DNA from: a virus
Strand: one strand, 5' to 3'
DNA length: 64,000 nucleotides
Virus record (IMG/VR): IMGVR_UViG_3300025674_007777
Coordinates: 1-64,000 of that record
The notes below the pieces were generated by a model. It had not been told where the DNA came from and made no database searches. It worked only from the letters and a program-made list of their open reading frames with translations. Below are positions 56,753-64,000 of this stretch, piece after piece. Numbering within the stretch: position 1 is the stretch's first letter; each line of letters starts with the position of its first letter. The translations under genes and the position numbers were made by a program.

Positions 56753-57391
56753 TTATTCATGAAATTCTGTGAGATCAGATAAAAAGTTTCTTAGACCAGG
56801 CATTTCAGTTTCGTTCACAGATATCACACGTCGATTTGTTTTACGTACTTCTTCTATTGGTCCTCTGATGGTCCAATCCAACTGTATTGTAATGTAAAGT
56901 TCATCATCGATACCTATTGCGTTATATTCATTCTCTGATAAAAATGCATTTGATGATATTTCTAAAATGTCAGGCTCATTTATCTTCTGAGCAAAATATC
57001 TCCTCATTATGCCATTACGTCGTTGCTGTTCATCTGGTACAGGATAATACATAGTAGGTGTCACATAATTATAGAATCTAGTATTTGTCAAACTAGCATA
57101 TACCAGATTGTTTTCAGGAACTGTATTAATAGTTTCCAGATTGGCATTTATTTCAGTTCTGAAATATCTTGTCAGAGGTTGTGACAGAGATGTTGGCACA
57201 GCTCCGGTATATACTGCTCCATTAGGATAGATGTGATAAAGTCCTATATATTCCACAGTTGGTACCAAATCAAAATCTGAACTAGGATCTTCCTGCATGA
57301 TCATATATTCCTTACCATTTGTGAGTTGTCGCAGTATGATGCGATTCAATGGTGTATTCAATGGTCTTAGTCTGAATGATCTATCCGTCAT
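56753..57391 (-). CDS. Hypothetical protein in the baseplate cluster
   Basis: YIGLYH...YTG; RYFAQK.N...EI; LDWTIRG; gene context. Confidence 0.55.
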   Translation of the reverse strand: MTDRSFRLRPLNTPLNRIILRQLTNGKEYMIMQEDPSSDFDLVPTVEYIGLYHIYPNGAVYTGAVPTSLSQPLTRYFRTEINANLETINTVPENNLVYASLTNTRFYNYVTPTMYYPVPDEQQRRNGIMRRYFAQKINEPDILEISSNAFLSENEYNAIGIDDELYITIQLDWTIRGPIEEVRKTNRRVISVNETEMPGLRNFLSDLTEFHE

Positions 57392-57393
57392 AA

Positions 57394-59136
57394 TTACTTC
57401 AATATTCTAGGTATACATTTGACTTCAGTTTTCCAGTCAACACCGTCGGCAATCTGTGTCCATTCTGACACGGTCCATACTAGTTTGCCTGACCCATTGA
57501 TGGTGCTAGGTAAGCCTGACACCTTCACTACTCCGCCAAATTTCCAGCCTGTACAGCCATTTGTCACAAAGGAGAGTTCCAATGGTATGGGAGGAGGATC
57601 AAGCTTCGCAGACTTCTTAAATTTTTCATTTGCTCTAATGTTCACCAATTTTCTCAAAGCGCCACGTGATGCTTCATCAAAACCTGCTCTTCCCATCTGT
57701 ATCAATGCATTGCTGTATTCAGTGCCTGTGGCAGTTTTCTGAGGATCTTTTGATGTGATACCTGTGCCGACTTTCGATGCTGCATTTGCTGTACCATCTG
57801 CGTCAGGAGCATCGCCAAAATATTTGGCTGTCAAACTGCTGGGAATGGCACCGGTGAGTGACACATCTCTTATGCCTGATGTCGCACCACTGGAACCACC
57901 TGGCAAACTGATTGACAATCCGGAAGGCGCTGCAGCTTTATCATAATCCTGATTCTTGTTCACTATGTAAATGGTGTTAGGATCTTCAGGTGGAACATCC
58001 AATGTGAGATCAACCCAATTACCAGTGTTCTGTCTGATCACAGCAAAGATCTGATCAAAGAATTTTTTCAATGGCAGTCTGCCAGACTCTCTGTCCTCAA
58101 CTTCAACTGTGCTGTCCTCGTTCAATGCCTGATCAGATTGTCCGATGATTTGACTGATAAAAATCATGTTTATGTATAACGACGTAGCATAGGTTGGGTC
58201 TGAGAAATTGTCCACGCCCATTTGGGTTTCCGTATTCTGCTCTCCATAACCACCTCCATTACTTGTAAATTTCCAGCACACGGCTGTAGGATCAGATGAT
58301 ATCATGCCAGGAAATTTGTTTAATTTGCAGTATTTAGTATCAGAAGATAATTTGAACTTTGTTCCTTTGAGACAGAACTTATTGATAAGTTGTACAAGAG
58401 ATTCGAGTTTCACAAAATTGGCTGGGACGTTCTTTTCCGAGACTGCCCCAGGATGTATCAGTCCAGGAGTTTCCTTGCTCAGGCCGGGCATTTCTGCCAC
58501 CATAACCTTGACAGTAACACCTCCGACAGGTAGTGAATAAAAAGAATTCCATCCGTTGGTATTGCGACCAGGATTGTTCTTGACATCATTAAGTTGGTTA
58601 CTTTCTTTCTGACATACATAATTGATGTAGTCAAAGAATGTCACAGTTGTTGATAGTTCATTTCTTCCATCGTAATTCGATACGAAATCCACAGATTTAT
58701 CGAATGACTGATTCATGACGTCCACCTCGTCATAGAGACGACCAGGCCCATCTCCTTTGCTCAGACCTTTCACAACCACATCAAATCCTCCGAGTCGATC
58801 CATTTCAAAACTGAAGTCATATGTAGTGAATGTACCTGAGTCACCGAAGCTGACACTGAATTCAGACCCTAGCTGTACCAATGCACTATACATTGTACTG
58901 AACTGTGATTTGGTATATGCCTTCAGCGACACTTCACATCTTTTCAGAAGACCTATGCCCTGTGTAGTGATCTTGATGGACTTGCAGTAGGCGCTGGGAG
59001 TAGGAGATACATCAGATGTGCTGTCTGAGCCTCCGTAAGTCACGCCTCCTGCACTGACTGATGGTGAACTAAGTCGTGATCTCAGTGCTCCAGAGCTTGG
59101 AATACTGACACTCATGGATCTCATGAAGAAGCTCAT
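57394..59136 (-). CDS. Putative baseplate hub-like protein
   Basis: Follows the LysM/tail-X gene; C-terminal PLELSF..G..G.KFG....V..LP...W.T pattern. Confidence 0.5.
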   Translation of the reverse strand: MSFFMRSMSVSIPSSGALRSRLSSPSVSAGGVTYGGSDSTSDVSPTPSAYCKSIKITTQGIGLLKRCEVSLKAYTKSQFSTMYSALVQLGSEFSVSFGDSGTFTTYDFSFEMDRLGGFDVVVKGLSKGDGPGRLYDEVDVMNQSFDKSVDFVSNYDGRNELSTTVTFFDYINYVCQKESNQLNDVKNNPGRNTNGWNSFYSLPVGGVTVKVMVAEMPGLSKETPGLIHPGAVSEKNVPANFVKLESLVQLINKFCLKGTKFKLSSDTKYCKLNKFPGMISSDPTAVCWKFTSNGGGYGEQNTETQMGVDNFSDPTYATSLYINMIFISQIIGQSDQALNEDSTVEVEDRESGRLPLKKFFDQIFAVIRQNTGNWVDLTLDVPPEDPNTIYIVNKNQDYDKAAAPSGLSISLPGGSSGATSGIRDVSLTGAIPSSLTAKYFGDAPDADGTANAASKVGTGITSKDPQKTATGTEYSNALIQMGRAGFDEASRGALRKLVNIRANEKFKKSAKLDPPPIPLELSFVTNGCTGWKFGGVVKVSGLPSTINGSGKLVWTVSEWTQIADGVDWKTEVKCIPRILK

Positions 59137-59426
59137 TATCTCTCCTCTTCTGCCTGTTCCAACATTTCCAGGAATGGCATTGCACTGTCAGGAATGCGTA
59201 ACTGAATGCCCGGTGGTACAACTAATGTTCCTTTGCCAATCTGATTGGCTTCTGCCAGAATCCACCATGCCTCAGGTGTTCCGTAGAATCGATTAGCCAA
59301 CAGATCTAAACGATCGCCTGTTCTGCTGATAATGAACAGATCATTGTCTGATCTAGGTATCACAGGATATCTGCTGCTGCGATATCTATCCTGATCAATC
59401 TCTGTGTATTCATATCTTCTCTTCAT
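59136..59426 (-). CDS. LysM-like baseplate wedge/tail protein X (gp53-like)
   Basis: GDRLDLLANRFYG...WWILAEAN...PGIQLRIP. Confidence 0.85.
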   Translation of the reverse strand: MKRRYEYTEIDQDRYRSSRYPVIPRSDNDLFIISRTGDRLDLLANRFYGTPEAWWILAEANQIGKGTLVVPPGIQLRIPDSAMPFLEMLEQAEEER

Positions 59427-59430
59427 ATGT

Positions 59431-59439
59431 TATAAATAT
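59431..59439 (-). promoter_or_regulatory. Putative late-promoter motif ATATTTATA
   Basis: 4 nt upstream of the ATG at 59426. Confidence 0.5.
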
Positions 59440-59459
59440 GAAACTTCAAAGAATTTGCA

Positions 59460-62042
59460 TTAGCCAGCTAAAGGAAAGAATGAAGAGTCATGAGTAAGTG
59501 TGTTGAACAGATCAGTATTGCCTGTTGCAGACAACACCTTGAAGGTAATGCTCACTTCAGTGTAGATTGGTTTGGCTCGATCTGGATCAATGTCCCATGG
59601 GTACTCCACATCCCAGTTATATGTCATGTCAGTTATGATGCTTGAGAGATTCTGATGTACGCCGCCTATGTTCACATCCAACGCTGTACCACCCCAGGAA
59701 TGTTCATAGAGCGCTTTGAGATTTCGCCACATTGCATCATAATGTTCCTGATCAAATGCCGCTGCTATGAATGTGATTGATATGGTGCGTTCATAGGATG
59801 TGTATTGATATCGCGGATTGATGGTTCCAAGATCCTGTCCAGTATCAAAGTTGGGGCTGGACTGATCAGTGAGAGATGTTATGTAGGCATAGAACTGATA
59901 AGAACCGAACATCATGAAAATAAGATCTGACTGTCGCTTATTTCTAGTGTCTTTGCTTCCCTGAGTTTGGTAATGTGTATATCTAGCCCCGACTCCTTCT
60001 TTGACCGGATCAGTATTGTCATACAAAATGTCTGCTGAATTATTCTGTATAGCTGTCACAGCATCATTCACATCTGTAATTGCATTCACCTTTCTGAAGT
60101 CTATTGGCTTACCAGTTTGTCTGTTCTTTGCCATTGCTCTGATGCGGTTGTAATCTGAACTCTGCAGTGTATTGACAGTGCTGGTGACTTCGCCAGTCTC
60201 TGCATCAGCTGTGATCTCGGCGGACTTGACAGCATTTCCTCCTCCATACTGTGTTTCATTCACTGCTCCTAACGGAGTCAGTACTGTGTTATCACTATGA
60301 TTTAACCATAGTTCATTGTTGGAAACTATGTTGAACAGAGAATCATGATAAATGCGTCTGGCCTGTAGATCAGGTATTCCAAAAGTATCACTTGATCTTT
60401 CTTCGTCTGGCCTGACACTCAGAAAATTATCTTTTTCTTTCACAGCTATCAGCAGTCTATTATATCCATCATCAACATCTCTTCTTCCGTCAACACTTCC
60501 GATGTATCCAAAACCTCTACTCGTTGGATTCTTTGCTATGATGTCATTGTAACTCTGATTTCCCAGATATCGTAATGGAACAATTGCTCCTTGTGTTATG
60601 TTGTTACCAGAGAAGAAGAACTGATTGGTCTGATCTCCTCTGCTAATTCTGGTGACGCCAATGCCTAACACACTCTTTGGTCCAGCACGTCCGGTCAGTA
60701 TTGAACTGGCTTGTCCTTTTGGAAAATAACTTAGACCTAGCACGGCGCCAGAGTTTCCAGTACCCTCTAGACTGGTAACAACGTTTGTAGAACTACCTTG
60801 GTAGACATCGAAATCTGTATCTCCTACACCGCCGGCGCCTCCTAAGTTTGATGATATGTTTTCAACTGTGACAATTGCCTGGCTCCTAGATCCTTTGACA
60901 AGCCCATACTCGCCTCCTAACTGTACAAGTCTATTGAATCTAACACGTTCTGTGGGGTCAAATGCTCCCCTGTCCTGATGTATCTGTTCATATTTGCCTC
61001 TGGTAACAATGGGAGGTAAATGTCTGTCAAATCTGATGCCAAGACCAGAACTGACTGCATTCACTATTGCCGAAGTCGGATCATAGAGCTGAGTTGGTCT
61101 CAATCCCATAGCCGTTCCGAATATGTTCTCCACATTTGGATTCATGAACTGAAGTCCAAACTGTTTTGTCAGGAATGCAAGACCTTTTGGCGATATTGCA
61201 AATTTGCCTAATCGCACAGCATCAAACACCGCTCTGGTTGCAAATGTCAATGGCCCTCCTCTTGGTATGTCCAATAGACCTGATATCTGACCACCTATGG
61301 TGTTGTCAAGTCCCCACCGTTGTGGATCAGAATTGTCATCTCTCTGAATACCTCTGAGCACAAATGGCTGTCTGGTGACACCAAATGTGAATGGATTATG
61401 AGACTCGTCTCTGATCTTGTACTTGTTGTACATGTCATCTATTGGAGAATTGGCAGTATATGTGTCTGCCAAACCACTGTTGCTCTGAGCATTATAGATG
61501 CTGCCATATCGATTTTGATCAAAGAATCCTGTTCTTAAGATGTCAAAACTATGAATCTGCCCAGCTGGGCCGATAGGAAATTTGCTGCCATCGCCTAGCT
61601 GTGCTCTGCGTTTCGCAATACCTCTGTTTGAAAATGTGACATTGTCAACTAAGAATTCATCTTTGGCAGTTCTTGTGAAAGATATACTACTCGCACCATC
61701 ACGTTCAAAACCTCGAGCTGTTATGCTAGGTATGTTATCTGAATTGTTCTGATATCTGGTAGTGAAGTTTCCGACACTTCCTCTGACAAATGTATCTCTT
61801 GCAGGATTGCCTTGTGAATCAAATGGTCTCAGATTAGTGGTCATGTTACCAAGATTTCTGATACCTGTATGTTGATATTGCATTGTACCTGGAACATTAC
61901 CTTGTACGCCGACGAAATCTGAAGCTCCTTGTTCCTGTTTTCTTGTCACAAATCCCTTGGCATCAGTGTTAGGGATGTAATCTACTGCAGGTGGCTGATT
62001 ACCATACCAGGAGTACAAAGATTGATAGGTCATTAATGGCAT
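59460..62042 (-). CDS. Baseplate/tail-tube initiator-like structural protein
   Basis: C-terminal FYAYITSLTD...YTSYERTISITF...ITDMTYNW..E.PWDID...P...EVSITF tube-like domain; lies between TMP and the LysM gene. Confidence 0.6.
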   Translation of the reverse strand: MPLMTYQSLYSWYGNQPPAVDYIPNTDAKGFVTRKQEQGASDFVGVQGNVPGTMQYQHTGIRNLGNMTTNLRPFDSQGNPARDTFVRGSVGNFTTRYQNNSDNIPSITARGFERDGASSISFTRTAKDEFLVDNVTFSNRGIAKRRAQLGDGSKFPIGPAGQIHSFDILRTGFFDQNRYGSIYNAQSNSGLADTYTANSPIDDMYNKYKIRDESHNPFTFGVTRQPFVLRGIQRDDNSDPQRWGLDNTIGGQISGLLDIPRGGPLTFATRAVFDAVRLGKFAISPKGLAFLTKQFGLQFMNPNVENIFGTAMGLRPTQLYDPTSAIVNAVSSGLGIRFDRHLPPIVTRGKYEQIHQDRGAFDPTERVRFNRLVQLGGEYGLVKGSRSQAIVTVENISSNLGGAGGVGDTDFDVYQGSSTNVVTSLEGTGNSGAVLGLSYFPKGQASSILTGRAGPKSVLGIGVTRISRGDQTNQFFFSGNNITQGAIVPLRYLGNQSYNDIIAKNPTSRGFGYIGSVDGRRDVDDGYNRLLIAVKEKDNFLSVRPDEERSSDTFGIPDLQARRIYHDSLFNIVSNNELWLNHSDNTVLTPLGAVNETQYGGGNAVKSAEITADAETGEVTSTVNTLQSSDYNRIRAMAKNRQTGKPIDFRKVNAITDVNDAVTAIQNNSADILYDNTDPVKEGVGARYTHYQTQGSKDTRNKRQSDLIFMMFGSYQFYAYITSLTDQSSPNFDTGQDLGTINPRYQYTSYERTISITFIAAAFDQEHYDAMWRNLKALYEHSWGGTALDVNIGGVHQNLSSIITDMTYNWDVEYPWDIDPDRAKPIYTEVSITFKVLSATGNTDLFNTLTHDSSFFPLAG

Positions 62043-62045
62043 GGC

Positions 62046-64000
62046 TTAAGCTTTTTTCCTAAATGAATCTTCAGATCTGAGTTGTCGATTTACTCTTGCC
62101 CCATCCAGTTCTACTTTCATAGGCTTGTCTCTGATCTGTTCTAATATACCACGCATTGACACAATGGCATTTACTACAGGTGTCATGTCAACTGAAGCTC
62201 CGCCTCCGCCGCCTCCGCCTCCAGCGCCACCCTCTGTTCCAAAGCCTGGCCCCATTGATAGGCCATCTCGCTTATCTCCTTGGAAAAGACCACCAACCTT
62301 AGGAGATGCCACAATTGGACCGCCGTTTGGATCGATTCCAAGGTCACCTGTTTTTCTGAACAACTTCATACCTAGTCCAATGGCAGCGGCAGCGGCTGCT
62401 GCTCCTAATACTGGTCCTATGACAGGTATGGAAGCTGCAGATTTAAATGCTGTCATGGCAGCGCTGGCCAATGTTTTAAAGAATCCGCCGGACTGTATTG
62501 CATTAGATGCTGCCTGAATACCTATACCAGCTTGTACTCTTAAGTTTCTCAATTGCTCCATGGCAGCTATAGCTGTAGTTGTTATCAAACTCCTCTGTTG
62601 GAAACCTAATAATATCAAGAAAGCAGAACCAAAAGCAATTGTTGCTGCTTTGGACTTTTCAATGAAATCATATATTGCTGACACGCCTTTCAGTATCATG
62701 TTAACCGGAAACATTATCACTTTGAAAGCGAAACCAATCACTTTGAGTATTGGTGATAATGCTGAGAAAACTTCCATGAATGCTTCTGCTAATGGTAATA
62801 AAGCCATACCTAACTGTTGCTGCATTTTCTGCATTTCTTTCTGCATTTTCATTGCAGCCTGTTCCTGCTCCAACCTTGTCTGAAGTTCTGTCGCTGACAT
62901 GTTCATGATCTCTGCCTGAGATAATCCTAATCGCTCAGCAGCTGCTGCCTGGGCCTCTGTCATGCCAGGTAATTTTTCTTGCAATGCTAATGATTTGCCT
63001 AGCTGTTCAACTGACATACCCGTCGCTTCAGCTAATTTCTGTTTGGCCATGAAGTCCAATTGATTGAATTCATGTATGGAACCAACCTGATTCAGCACTT
63101 CCTGAGTAGCACCTGCTATGTCTCCTTGCAATGCCAATTGTCTAGCCAGATCAAAGTTAATGTTCTTGCCTGTCAATGCCTGGAATTCAAATTGAGCTGC
63201 CAAAGAGTTTTCAAAATCTAATAACTGCTCAGCTACACCAGCCATATCAGCAATGGACATTCCCAACTTGTTAGCCTGTATTGCAGCTCGCTTCAATTCT
63301 TCGGTGTTACCTGAAAAGTATTTTGAAACCACAGCAGTGTTACTGGTTATGTCATCAAAGACCTGATCAACATTAGCTCCTGATTTGGTTATGTCAGCTG
63401 CAAACTCTCTTTGCGTATCCACAAGATCAGTGGATGCCACGCCCATGCTCATTAAAGTGCTATTCATTCGGCCGGCCTGTTCAGCACCATAACCAAATGC
63501 AATGCCTATCTCCGCCGTTTCGGCTGCGGCTTCTGCTGACAACATGCCCACATTACCCATATTAGCAATCATAGCAGTCTGCACTTCCAATATGTCTTCA
63601 GATGCTACTAACTGATTACCTAATTGATTGGCAACATTCTGAGACTCAATTACCATCTGCTTTGTCTGAGCAACGTTTAATCCTGTTTCTTCTGCTAGAT
63701 TCCTCGCAGATTCTTCATGGTTGACAGCAAGTTTCAATAGCCCAGTCAATGCTGCAGCAGCTGCTGCAATTGCTAGACCGACCAACAGCATTGGATTGGC
63801 CATGACAGCTCCATTAAATGCTATCATACCTGCTCTCAATGACCCCATAAGGCCTACACCTTGCTGCATTGATCGAGCCATTGCTGAAAAACCGGCTGTT
63901 ACTGCCATTGATAACTGATTATTTAACTCTTCACTACCTAAATTTAATCTACTAACAGCATCTTGTGCTTTATCAAACACCGTTCCTAATGGAGAACTGG
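62046..64000 (-). CDS. Tape measure protein (5'-truncated by the window edge)
   Basis: Ala/Gln/Met-rich helical protein, LLDFENSL.A.FE...LTGK.IN...AR.LAL.GD; frame remains open upstream of 63980. Confidence 0.85.
   Translation of the reverse strand, partial: SSPLGTVFDKAQDAVSRLNLGSEELNNQLSMAVTAGFSAMARSMQQGVGLMGSLRAGMIAFNGAVMANPMLLVGLAIAAAAAALTGLLKLAVNHEESARNLAEETGLNVAQTKQMVIESQNVANQLGNQLVASEDILEVQTAMIANMGNVGMLSAEAAAETAEIGIAFGYGAEQAGRMNSTLMSMGVASTDLVDTQREFAADITKSGANVDQVFDDITSNTAVVSKYFSGNTEELKRAAIQANKLGMSIADMAGVAEQLLDFENSLAAQFEFQALTGKNINFDLARQLALQGDIAGATQEVLNQVGSIHEFNQLDFMAKQKLAEATGMSVEQLGKSLALQEKLPGMTEAQAAAAERLGLSQAEIMNMSATELQTRLEQEQAAMKMQKEMQKMQQQLGMALLPLAEAFMEVFSALSPILKVIGFAFKVIMFPVNMILKGVSAIYDFIEKSKAATIAFGSAFLILLGFQQRSLITTTAIAAMEQLRNLRVQAGIGIQAASNAIQSGGFFKTLASAAMTAFKSAASIPVIGPVLGAAAAAAAIGLGMKLFRKTGDLGIDPNGGPIVASPKVGGLFQGDKRDGLSMGPGFGTEGGAGGGGGGGGASVDMTPVVNAIVSMRGILEQIRDKPMKVELDGARVNRQLRSEDSFRKKA

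Noticed and set aside
62196-62232. GCC-rich short tandem repeat
   Set aside because: It encodes a poly-Gly linker in the tape measure protein; not a separate element
33-63918. Numerous plus-strand ORFs in the track (e.g. 810-1193, 16026-16385, 62125-62517)
   Set aside because: They lie antisense to well-supported minus-strand genes and lack recognisable motifs; treated as shadow ORFs
1-64000. Stop-codon reassignment as in some large Bacteroidota phages
   Set aside because: Code 11 gives full-length genes at high coding density, and TAA, TAG and TGA all end genes

Overview
This 64-kb window comes from a large T4-like (myovirus-type) bacteriophage. It is AT-rich, uses the standard genetic code, and essentially all genes lie on the minus strand. 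A Bacteroidota host is inferred from eleven Bacteroidota-type sigma-A promoters (TTTG-N19/20-TATATTTA) and genes such as ClpS and a DUF6150-like protein. Reading in transcription order (right to left): (1) tape measure and baseplate genes; (2) replication and recombination genes (PolA-like, gp32 SSB, RecA/UvsX, RNase H, helicase, class II RNR); (3) a 7-deazaguanine DNA-modification pathway (QueD, QueE, FolE, DpdA-like transglycosylase) interleaved with GroES, an HPRT, PolB, an unknown protein, a GT-B glycosyltransferase, clamp, dUTPase and clamp loader; (4) a ~16-kb glycan island with NeuB/NeuA/HAD nonulosonic-acid genes, sialyltransferase-like and other GTs, and tailoring enzymes; (5) a 1186-aa fibre; (6) a block of probable head-packaged proteins including a Mn-type SOD; (7) small accessory genes (ClpS, DpdL-like T-fold protein, degenerate HNH, secreted muralytic enzymes, tRNA-Arg). 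The best candidate for an undescribed system is a deazaguanine hypermodification module (unknown protein + glycosyltransferase + DpdA, plus HPRT and a DpdL-like enzyme, with no QueC in the window). All calls come from motif recognition by eye, without database searches.
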